From assembly GCA_904063045.1 (NCBI GenBank), contig CAJFCJ010000007.1, positions 1,112,819-1,176,818 of the forward strand: a stretch of 64,000 bases of DNA. Direction: 5' to 3'. Both the position numbers and the translations under genes were made by a program. Below the pieces are notes generated by a model. That model saw only the letters and a list, made by a program, of their open reading frames with translations. It did not search any database and was not told where the DNA came from. Shown piece by piece: positions 24,857 to 41,557 of this stretch. Within the stretch, counting starts at the first letter, position 1. Every line of letters starts with the position of its first letter. Source of the DNA: Dimorphilus gyrociliatus. Lineage: Eukaryota; Animalia; Annelida.

Positions 24857-27800
24857 TCATGTTCCTTTTTCTTTGCCAAAAGCTTCATTGATACGCTTAC
24901 ACGCCAATTCAACTCCTTTAAAGCATTCCGCGCTGGAATTAGGATTTGCAATTGTATTTTAAAGAAAACATTTACTTATTTTTCTCCTACCTACCTGAAC
25001 ATTGAAAATTGAAGGAATCCGTGAGGGACTCCGTCTAAAACATCAACTCTACAAGAACCAGTAGCTTTTTTAACTTTTTTTGCCATTTCTATTGTGTCAT
25101 CAAGTAGGGGGTCCAAGGCTGAGGCCTGGAAAGTAAATTAAATAAATATGATAAGTTTAATAACCTTTTTGTGGCTCCACCTAGCGTACTTACAAGAAAG
25201 TATATTGGACCTAATGTTTTTAATTGTTTCTCAGTTGCATACAATGGTGACATGTAAACATTCTTTAATATTTTATCTCTCATAATACTGCTATTTAAAT
25301 TAATTTTGACTCTATTTCCGAACTTTGCAAAAGTTCTTGGATCTTCGAGTAAAGTTTCTACTTCTCTTTGCTCACGAGTACACCAATCACCAGAATATAT
25401 CTCTGAATTATCAAAGCACGGAAGAGAGATGCATCTCGACCTCTTCGTAAAGCATCTATTTCTGTTCTTTTCGAGATCGAAATTTTTTAGACTTCTTTGC
25501 CTTCTGGCTGGATGAGTGGGTATATCATCCTTATCATCGTCCAAAGTAAACAAAACTTTAGATGTAACATCTTCATCCATTTCTTTACCGACTTCATCTA
25601 CTGTAGCTTGTTCAGGTTTACCATAATATATGGCGTCGACATTTACAAAACCATCTTCAATATCGGTTTCAACGTACCCAGAGTCAACTTCATGGATATA
25701 AAGGTCATCCTTAACGCCCGCATACGCTGAGAGGAAAAGTAATTTATTATACAATGCAGAAAATGAATTACTTAAGATATTTGTATACCATGTAATATTT
25801 TTGTAAGAATGCCAACAGCTAACAGTGGATCCCACAGTGACATCATTCGAGAGGGTGATGGGACATACTGAACAAGGAAACATCCGTAAATTGGAACAAT
25901 ACCATCTGGTTTTTGAATATTTAATTCTTGAGCTCTAAGAGCAACAGCTAAAATTAAATTAGCTCCCGCGCTATCTCCAGCGAAAACAACTTTCTCTCCA
26001 GTCCATCCTGATTAAATGAAAATATTAATTACATCCAGTAGATTAAAATCAACGATTAATCAAAGATTGTTAGATATTTACCCAAGTAGGTGGGGTGTTT
26101 TAATGCCCAGCAATATGCAAAAAAACATTCCTCTAAAGCTCTAGGAAAATGATGTTTTGGCGCTAGGCTATAATCAACAGATAAAATTGGAGCTTCGGTC
26201 TTTTTAGCCCAATAACGAAGATATGACTAAAATTGACATATTAAAAACTTTATAGACGATCACAAACCGGATTAAGTTTAAAAGAATAATAAGTATCAAT
26301 TCAGATAATTACTGTATGGGATTGAGACTTTTGGGCAACAAACCCTCCTCCGTGTATATGAAATATTAAGCAGTCCGAAAGGTTCTCGGCTACTTTCGGA
26401 CTAGTTTCTTTCGTTACATATTCCTGAGAAAATTCGGAAAAAGAAACAAATAAATAAAGTTTGTTTTAACAAGTCATAAGTAGAAAATTTTACCTGACCC
26501 TTTCTCTTTATGGAAGACATTAACCTGCAATTTACTGGTGCAGGGCCGATAATTGCACATGGTGGATTAATTTTAACAGTCACTTCGGAATTGAACTCCT
26601 TTAAATAGAAAACTTCATCCTTAATTTCGAAAATTCTGTTTACGTCGATTGAAGGACTAAAATATTGAGGAACCTATAAAAAAAAATAACTTTCTTTTAT
26701 GACGTAATCAAATGTTAACCTAAATTTTAATCTTGTTGTATCGTTGTCGTCATATCTATATTTACATATTTCTTATATCTGTAAATTATGTTATTCTGTT
26801 TTTAAGGTAACTGATGCCAAGTTTTTTTTCTTTAACGATTATATTATATTGATAAAAAATGATAATTTATTTGATTAGACTCCGCTTACTTGAGCTATTT
26901 GTAAATCAGCTAAATCCCAAAAAGATTGACAGTAGTATAATCCTTTTGTTCTTGTGATAGCCACGACCTGTTTGGTGGAAGGTCAATTGTTCTTTAAACG
27001 CTTACATAATATTTAAATTTTGTTGTTATCTCTATGTAGAAGTTTAAAGTTAAAGCGCTAAGTTCAAGTTTAAGAACTAGATTAAATAATATATAAATCT
27101 TAGCTCTTAGTTTTTCTTCTTTCCTTAAATGAATTAAACTATACCTTTTTTGCTCTTTCGGCAGGATACAAAAAATATTTTCCGCCTCCTTGAGCGTATG
27201 TGATCAATTTAAAAACAGGATTTGCTTTATTTTCTAAGCCCAATACATCTCCATGAGATGCCAATCCAATACAAATTGAAGTTAATGCATTTTGTACAGA
27301 ATTGCAAAACTGTTAGTGAAATGGAATTTAAAAAACAGAGATAATAAATACGATGTTGTTTTACTTGAAAGGCTAAGGGTCTTTCGTAAAAAGGTTCCTG
27401 AGTAAGGCTTTCTGCTTCCGTCATAATAAAATATGCATCTTTGAACTCTTCTTCAGTTAACAAGTCTTCATCGGGATATAACGCTCCTTCGCCACAAAAT
27501 TTTGGAAGATGAAGAACATAATGTAAACATGCTCTAAATTGACCTAATACGTTGACATATGATTCTAGTTCAGTAGAATAGTGACTTCCTCTGAATAATA
27601 GCGAACTTCGAGACACAATAATATGCCTGTTACGGAATTTAGAAGAGTTTAGGAGGCTTCAAATACCAATAAAACAACTAAAAGAGTAATACTAAAATTT
27701 GGATTAGCTTGAAAATATACTAAATTAAATGGGCTACTGTACTAAGAAATTTTATCTAAGACTATACATGAAACCTTGTTAGTTGAAGAATGTGACTGCA

Positions 27801-28130
27801 GCACTTTTGAATGACTCGCAGAAAGCTTCTGTAACCATTATATGGAAGGGAGGGATCAACATCAAAATGATGTGCAACGGCTATTAAATTACAAACACCA
27901 GGCTCAATTCCATTGTCCAAATGGTCAATTAGAACTCTAAATGAGTTTTGAAATCGAACATGATTGCCATTTTTCTTAGCACTAAAATAGTCTACATTGC
28001 ACAGAGCGTTAATTCTTAATTGTCTGAATAAATCTAGCAATTCTCTCCTGTATTTTTGATCGGCTAATAGTCGATCTTCTTGACAAAAAGGCAGATTTCG
28101 TGCAGCGGAGTCCTCCCTCATAGCCGCCAT
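24857..28130 (-). CDS. LIPE: Hormone-sensitive lipase (11 coding exons, ~751 aa)
   Basis: Exons 28130-27775, 27626-27365, 27309-27145, 26967-26890, 26673-26494, 26423-26313, 26226-26082, 26007-25789, 25726-25194, 25125-24995, 24932-24857; all GT-AG and phase-consistent. Motifs: HSL_N ([17 protein letters not shown]), HGGGF oxyanion motif, GDSAG nucleophile, LDPLLDD Asp and PHGF His. The start codon is uncertain: an AG acceptor at ~28143 suggests a 5' UTR intron. Confidence 0.92.
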
Positions 28131-28207
28131 TAATTCGTCTGCTAAATGAAAATAAACAAGTGATAGAGTTTTCAATGTCTTTCTTCTTAACTAGTCAAAC
28201 CATACAC

Positions 28208-28218
28208 TGGCGCCATCT
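28208..28218 (-). promoter_or_regulatory. CTCF-like motif AGATGGCGCCA in the lipase promoter region
   Basis: TGGCGCCATCT on the plus strand, about 80 bp upstream of the proposed ATG. Confidence 0.35.
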
Positions 28219-28801
28219 ATCAAAAGACAACTCAATTATATTCCGTTGTAAAAACTCCTAACAAAATGAAGAACAAAAATTCAAAAATACTATTAATTAA
28301 TATCTAATCATTTGTTAAAGTAAATAACTACTCAGATGTTTATAATTAGCGCGAGCACTTATTCTTTCAGCAGAGATGGCTTAGAGGTACTATTTATCGA
28401 CTGAAGTTTGATAGTGTAAATCGGCTTATTTTCGAATCTATTACACGGAACGGATTCAGTATAACGCGATAAAAATTGGATTTTTCTCATTTAAGAAGAA
28501 ACGTAACTCTATTTCTGCCTACAGTTTAGTTTATTCCGCTTAATCTATCTTGTTAAATTTCAAGTCATTTTTCTAAAACAAGTCCCCTTCAGCATATTCA
28601 AAATAGTCTAAAATTTAACAGATTTCTCACCATAGAAAGAAATAGATCGAATCAAATAGAAAATTGACCGTTTTTCATACGAACACTAAAATAGGTTGAA
28701 TAATTTTTTTGTTTATAAGAAATTGACTTTTTTTCAAAAACACAGACAGAAAATTCTGTTGAACTGAATGCTTAAATATTTTTTTTCGTAGAGATTCATG
28801 T

Positions 28802-31395
28802 TTACTTCTCACTATTTTTGGAATTATCGTCCACTTCTCTTTTAATTTGAATTGGAAGAATCTGGCAGTTTCCGGATGACTGAGTACTTTGTGATGGTTG
28901 ACTGTCCGCCGTTTTATCAGTAGTTTCTCTTTCGTTACTTTCTTCGTTCTTTTCAATATAACTGTTGAGTAATTCTCTGATGAATTCATCAATTTGACTG
29001 GTTTTTGGTGGAATTTGAATTTGAGAAGGTAGCAGATGGACCAAAAGTTTCGAAACATTTTTTCTTAGCGAGTAGAGCTCTTTCAGATAAATGTTCATTT
29101 GTTCTCTCGCTTTACTATCTTCAACACGTAGAGTATCTTCGGAAGAAGTTCTTGATTCGGGTAATCGTTCACTTCTAACTAGGGGTCCATCATCAAGTTT
29201 TGGTTCATTTTCCTTTTCAGTCGCATCAGATTTGTGTTCGGAATCGCTCGCTACTGAATGTTCTGATTCTTCAGATTTACTTCTTTTAGCTGCTATAGCC
29301 AGAAAAGATTTTTGTCGCTTCCTGGTTGTCCTCAAAATTTCATTAACAGCCCTACTCGCTTTCTGTTCAACATCTCGCCTGTGATCTACATAAGCTTCGT
29401 CCATACTAGTATCAGATCTATGACCATTTTTTGTGGAATTGCTGGTTAAAGATTGATTTTTCAACATTTCTATTTCCGCTTCTTTTTCATTAATAATTTT
29501 TTGCATGCTGTCTTTTTTCCTACGTTCACTGTAATAGAAAAAAATTAGCAATTTAAAATATTAAAAACTACACAGTATAACTTAATTATTATTACATTTT
29601 CTTGAATTTCTTTTCGTACGTGGCAGCTTTTATATTCGCGTCATCGTCCACTTCTTCATTAATTGAACAGCGGCTAAAATAAAGTTTTTTATAAAAACTT
29701 TTTAAAAGATAAATTCAAATTCTTACTTAAATTCAACATCTGTGTTCATTTGGCAATTCCATTTAGAAGGGTTGATTTTTTTCATGTTTGTATTTTTAGC
29801 TAATCTCCTCCATTTTAAGCAAAATTCACATTGAACCCAATTCCAGTCGGGGACAATCTGTTGGTTTAAGCCTGAATTTTTATCCATTTGTTTTGTATAC
29901 CAATAATCATTTAATTTTTGGCCGAGAGCGTTCATAGTAGAGCTGTAGCGTCCATCTTTTTGAAAATCAGTTTTGTTGTGAATTGGTGTTAAAAAGTCTA
30001 CTTCTATGACTCCAACAACACCCACACCGTGATCATTGGCCTGTTTCTGAATTCCAACACGTTCGTATGCTTTTATTAATCGATTTCTATGGTACATCAT
30101 AATGCCATAATCATTTAGATTACTGCTAAATCCAAATATAATAGGTACATTTTTCTGTAAAAAAGTAGGTTTATAAACATCCGTTTCCGTCTTAGATAAG
30201 CTTTTCGAAATAATCTTTGTAGCAACTTTTACACCACGTAAAATTATCTTCATCTTTGGTTTATTATATAAAATGGAACAAAAATGCCGTAGGCTTTTAT
30301 TATAAGTAGATACATGATCCTCTATGTATTTTGATATTTCACTCTCCGCATTTCCGATGTCCTGTGGATCAGAATCAAAATCAAGTTCAGGTCGTCCATC
30401 AACAGATTTTAGATTATGAATAATTATCCGAGTTCCTTTTTTTGGAATCTCTTGAAATTGGCGCATAATATCATGAGGAGACTTCATTGGTGAGTATTTA
30501 ACGATTGCCTGAACTGATTCGCTTGAGTAGGCGTTAGTTACTTGCTTCCTTGTTGCTGAATACCAAGAAAGCATGGGCACTATAACTGTTTTGGCGTTAA
30601 TCTTTTTTAAAAACGTTTGAGATAAGAAACCCACAGACATTTTATCATCTTTCTTTGTAAACACGACAACGTCTCTTCCAAGTCGCATCGATCCACTTTT
30701 GAAACCATTTCCATAAAAACCTATTGGCTTGTGACCTTTTATTTCAACTTTATCGCAGTATCCAAATGATAACATTCTATGTAGTTGTTCTGGACTCATG
30801 CCATTTCCATCGTCAGTGAAACAAAGGCACGTTTGCCCATTTAACTCTAATTTAACAATATGTAATTCTTTAGCCTGGACATCAGGGTCATAAGCGTTAT
30901 CTAAGAAGAAAAGTATGCTTAAATCTTTCTTTTTTTGTTTAGAAATAAAACAGGTTTATTATACCAATTATTTCAGCAATTGCACTGAAAGGCCCAGTGT
31001 GAGAAGTAGAGTTAGCATGTAAGAATGAAGGTGAAACCTATGGTAGATATAAGGAAGTGAAGTTTAGCACTTAAATGAAGGTAAAGGCTTTTTCTATACT
31101 TTATACAATTTCAATATATTAACTAATTTTATTTTCGGCTACAAAATAACATTTTAAAGCCAAAAACATATCAGAATATATTTGAATAGAAAAAACCGCG
31201 CTTCAACTTGGACTTGCGAAATATAAATGAGAGATTATGAGGGATAAAGAAAACATAGTTCGAATAGAAAAAGCAAAAATGTGATAGATATGAAAATTTT
31301 TAATAAATTTCGATGTCTATTCCTACCTTTGCTTCTTTCATATTTAAGATTGTGCCGCTTTCTTTTTCATTTGAGGCGTTACTTGTATCAGCCAT
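28802..31395 (-). CDS. MORC3: MORC3/4-type GHKL ATPase with CW zinc finger (5 exons, ~706 aa)
   Basis: Exons 31395-31327, 31037-30965, 30900-29727, 29673-29596, 29528-28802. Motifs: [41 protein letters not shown], CW finger WVQCEFCLKWRRL...WNCQMN...C, TYEKKFKK, and a C-terminal coiled coil. Subfamily is MORC3/4-like rather than MORC1/2. Confidence 0.92.
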
Positions 31396-31498
31396 GTTGA
31401 ATATAGCGGATGCGGAAATTACCTTATCTTATTCAGTGCGAGCTGAGTATATTTAGCAGGCAGACTGTCAGTGTCGCTTTCTATTTCCGCCGGCAGCC
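31396..31498. promoter_or_regulatory. Bidirectional promoter region between MORC and ATP synthase beta
   Basis: Only 103 bp separate the two divergent start codons (31395 on -, 31499 on +). Confidence 0.7.
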
Positions 31499-36644
<5,146 letters not shown>

Positions 36645-37430
36645 AAATACTACAATATTCACAACTGTGTTTCCATGTACGTAGTTGATTAATAGACCTT
36701 ATAGTAATTCTGACAATCTTACTCTTTGTAAATTTAATGCATACAGAAAATGAAAAATGTCCTAATAATTACCATCAATGTGTCCTTATTTGTCCTTTAA
36801 AAATTTACATTGTGTAACATCTGTAAGAATGTGAGAATTTCTATTAGGTCCTGCGTGAGTGGGATGTTGGGTTTTTGAATACAAACCAGTTAATACGAAA
36901 ATCTTTACACTTAAAGTTTTAAGCGTAGGTTACTGTATATGTAAAGAGTGTCATTAGGTAGATTATTGACGATAAGACTTCAAATATGATTCAATTGGCG
37001 GATATTTAAGCCTACATAAATCATATAATAGGTTTCGATAACTATTACTCGCCGAATATTACCTTGAACTAGATGTCGCTCCCTGCTAAAGTTGATACGA
37101 AGCAGAGGGGACATTTATGTCATACATTTAACGAAAGTCAGCGATGTTCACTTGAAGATAACATATTCGAGAGATACAATTCATTCTAGGCCTGCATTCT
37201 TACGCGAAACCTAATCTCCTCTGAATTTTAAATACTGTAATCGATTTTTTAATTGAGTTAGATTCCTTATCAAAAATACTCTAATCAAGTACCAAACAGG
37301 ATATCCTTGGAAAGAAAATACTTTTTGCAGAATAGGTAGTATACGATTAAAAAAGGAAAAAATCCCTGGAGAAATTACTAAATTGATTTTTAAACAATAT
37401 TTCAGTATTTGGAAGGAAGATCTAAAAAAA

Positions 37431-40400
37431 ATGAAAGCAACCGTGGTCGTCATTGTAATTTTGATCGATATTCTAAGTTTTGGTTAGTATAGCTTTTTTT
37501 AAATGGTAATACTATATAAAGCCATTTTTTTGTCGCTAATATTTAACAAGTAAAAAAAGTCTATTTTCTTGTTTCTTTAAAGAAGCTTCATAAAAAAGGC
37601 TACTTTAAACAAGGACACAATTTAACTGCTTTAACTATTGAAATGTTTATACGTGTCCTTTAAGAGTCTTTGTCATAGAAATTTCACCTAATCTTCACAT
37701 ACACTTGCATAATTCACTAAATATGGAAATAAGATTCTCCATTAAACACTACTGTCATATAAATTTATAATATAATACTCAACATCTATTATAACAGGAC
37801 TGTACATAAGAATAATGAAAAATGCCGTATATTCACAATAGGCCCATGCCTTTGTTTTACACCCATTTCTGAACAATAATTAAATATAAAGTAGAAAAAA
37901 ACTATGATATGTCTTTTTCATTAATTTGATAGTGAAAGGCATTAGAGAAGATGCCGACTATTGGGGAAAAGTTGCTGATGAAGAACTTAATATAGCTCTA
38001 AAAGTTGATCTGAAAAAGGAAAAGGCAAAGAATGGCATCCTATACCTTGGAGACGGAATGGGATTAACAACAATTGCTGCGGCTAGGTGGTACGATATCC
38101 AAGAAAAAAAGCTAGAGGGTTCGAGAGAGTCTTTACTTTCTTGGGAAAAATGGCCTTTCGCTGCCTTGTCGAGGACGTATAATGTTGACTTGCTTACTCC
38201 AGATTCTGCGGGAACAGCAACTGCATTTTTGACTGGATCAAAAACGGTTGCTTCCGTTGTTGGTGTTGACGCAAATGTTAAAATAAAGAATTGTTCTACA
38301 GTTGAAAAAGCAAAAATTAATTCAATTGCTAAAAGTGCAATTGCGGAAGGAAAAAGCGTAGGCGTTGTCACTACAACAAGAATAACTCATGCTACACCAT
38401 CGGCCTTATATGCTCATGCAGCTTATCGATATTATGAAGGCTCGGCCGATTTACCAACTGATCAAGTTTGCGAGGATATCGCTAGTCAGCTGATTAACGG
38501 CGAAGTGGGAAAGAAATTAAAAGTTATGTTGGGAGGTGGAAGATATAACTTTATTCCAAAGGGCACCTACGATGCAGAATATACAAACAAAGCGAGTAAG
38601 AGGAGCGATGATCTGAATTTGATAGAAAAATGGAAAAAGATGAAGAAGGAGGACGATAATTTAACAGACGAACAATATAAATATGTGCAAACTTTGGATG
38701 AATTTAATGCAATCGACACAGATAAAGTTGATTATTTACTCGGTCTATTTAATCCGAGTCACATGCAATACGAAGCGCATAGAAGTGAAGATATTTGGAA
38801 AGAACCAAGTCTCTCCGAAATGGTTGAAAAAGCGATTAAAATTTTAAAGAAAAATCCCAAAGGCTATTTTCTATTGGTAGAAGGAGGCAGAATAGACCAT
38901 GGTCACCACGACAATCAAGCCTTTCTATCTATAAAGGATGCATCAGCGTTTAACGAAGCCATAGCACACTCTCAACAATTCATATCCCATTCTGATACTC
39001 TTCAAGTAGTGACCGCTGATCATTCGCATTCATTCACTGTTAGCGGCTATTCAAAAAGAACTGATAACATACTAAAGTTTGCTACGTCATCTAACGAGAC
39101 AACTCTTGCAGACGATAAGAAACCTTATAATATTCTTGCCTACACCACAGGTCCAGGCTATAAAACACATAGGAAAGATGGTCCTAGAAAAGATTTAACA
39201 AAAGTTGATACCAGTATGTAAATTTTAACTAATCAATTTTTCCCAATAGATAGATTATTAAGCACGTTTAAATCTTTTAGCCGATCCTGATTTCGTATCA
39301 GATTCTTTCCTTCCCAGACAATGGGAGAGTCACGGCGGAGAGGATGTGGCTATTTACGCAAAAGGGCCGTGGGCTCATCTATTCCATTCAGTTCACGAAC
39401 AAAATTACGTAAATCATGTTTTTGAGTATGCAATGTGTATTGGAAAATATAAAAGTTCCTGTAACAAAACTCCAGCTGGAACTAAAATTGGTATGAAACT
39501 TTATTTTAATTTTTAAAACTTGCATAAATATCTCTTTTTCAATAGATAAAAATTCTAAGGAACATTCGGAATATTGGAAAAAGATCGGTGAAAATGAATT
39601 AAAAATTGCTCTCGAGAAGAAGAAACTATCGCAAAAGGCTAAGAATACCGTATTATTCGTTGGAGATGGAATGGGTTTATCTACAGTTACAGCCGCAAGA
39701 TGGCACCACGCTCAGAAACGACAAATAGTTGGATCTAAGAGTCAACTGCTTTCGTGGGAGGACTGGCCTGATATTGGTCTATCTAGAACCTATACGGTCG
39801 ATTCTTTGACAGCTGATTCGGCGGGATCGGGTACAGCCTTACTTTCTGGTATTAAAACTTATTCGCAGGTATTGGGGGTTGACATGAACACGAAGAAAGA
39901 GATTTGCTCAACAACGAATGATGGAAAAATTGATTCCATTGCTCAACACGCTCTGAAAGAAGGAAAAAGCGTTGGAGTAATAACGACAAGCAGAATTACA
40001 GATGCAACTCCTGCTGCACTTTACGCTCACTCAGCCTTCAGGGAATGGGAGGGATGGGCTCCGACACCATGTAAAGATATTGCTACTCAATTAATTGAAG
40101 GAAGCGTCGGGAAACAATTGAAAGTTATACTCGGAGGCGGTAGGAAGAGCTTTATCCCAAAAGATAAGAGAGACGAGGAAGATATAAGTGAAATGAGTAC
40201 AAGAAAAGATAACAAAGATCTAAGAGAAACTTGGAAATCAATGAGAAAAGACGAGGGTCTAAAAGATGATAAATTCGCTTATGTAGAAAGGATGAACGAA
40301 TTTAATTCGATCGATCCGAAAAAAGTTGATTATCTCTTAGGCCTATTTTCCGGAGCTGAAATGAATTACGAAGCAAACAGACTAAATGATACATGGGGCG

Positions 40401-41160
40401 AGCCAAGTTTAGGCGATATGGCAAAAAAAGCAATTGAAATCTTAAAGAAAAATCCGAAAGGTTATCTTTTGCTGGTAGAGGGTGGTCGCATTGATCACGG
40501 ACATCACCATAATCTTGCCCATTTAGCTCTAGACGATACATTAGCTTTACACGACGCCGTCGAGAAAGTTGAAAAAATGACGAAAAACGACGATACTTTA
40601 AAAATAGTAACAGCCGATCATTCACATTCATTTATCATTAACGGATATTCGGATAGGAGCGAAAGTATTTTCGGTTTTGCAAGGAATCTAGAAGGCGACA
40701 GATTAGCCGAAGATAAAAAGACATATACAATCTTATCCTACACAAATGGGCCTGGGTACCACTCAAATAGAATTAATGATATAAGAAAGAACTTGACATT
40801 AGAAGAAACAAGTAAGTTTCTTACAATCTTCATGATGTAATTAAAGGGATTCTTAATGATAAATATCTTTTTTATTAAAATCAAGCCAACCCTCATTATG
40901 CATTCGACTCTGGCGTCCCACTTGAGGATGAAACTCATAGCGGTGAAGACGTTGCAATCTACGCTAAAGGACCATTCTCACATCTGATTCACGGCGTTCA
41001 TGAACAGAATTATATACCTTACGTAATAAGTTACTCAATGTGCATCGGAAAGTACAATAAGGCTAAACATTGCTCCACTAATGGGAATGATAAATTAAAT
41101 TCCATGAATATTTATAAGCTTTTAATTATTTCTGTAATTCTTCTTTTTCATGCAAAATAA
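37431..41160 (+). CDS. ALP: Alkaline phosphatase with two tandem catalytic domains, signal peptide and GPI-type tail (5 exons, ~1027 aa)
   Basis: Exons 37431-37482 (MKATVVVIVILIDILSF), 37933-39213, 39281-39490, 39546-40811, 40886-41160; all introns are phase 1, GT-AG. Each domain has GDGMG, DSAG (catalytic Ser), EGGRIDHGHH, TADHSH and H(G/S)GEDV. The protein ends in a hydrophobic tail (LLIISVILLF). Confidence 0.85.
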
Positions 41161-41263
41161 AAAAGGGCATCAACAAGAAAAAATGATTATCTTTTGAATG
41201 CTATTCTCCAATTAATGAAAATTTTCTTCTCTGTCTGCCTGCCTGTCTGTCTCTCTTTCTTCT

Positions 41264-41266
<3 letters not shown>

Positions 41267-41320
<54 letters not shown>
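41267..41320. repeat. (CT)n microsatellite between the convergent ALP and AXDND1 3' ends
   Basis: Pure CT run of ~23 units. Confidence 0.95.
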
Positions 41321-41557
41321 ATCTTTTTTTTTCTCAATTTTTCCTTTAAAAATAGTTCAATTTTATTTGTTTATTTTTAATTATTCATTATGCAAATTGT
41401 ATATATTCACAAAAAAAATCCACCAGTAATTTGACACAGTAGAATTCCAAAGCAGAATAAAGTTTTGTTGGCAAACATCTCATTTTATTGTTTTAGCTTG
41501 GCACACTTAAATTTTAAATATATATTATTATATTAATAAGAAAATACTGATCATATC

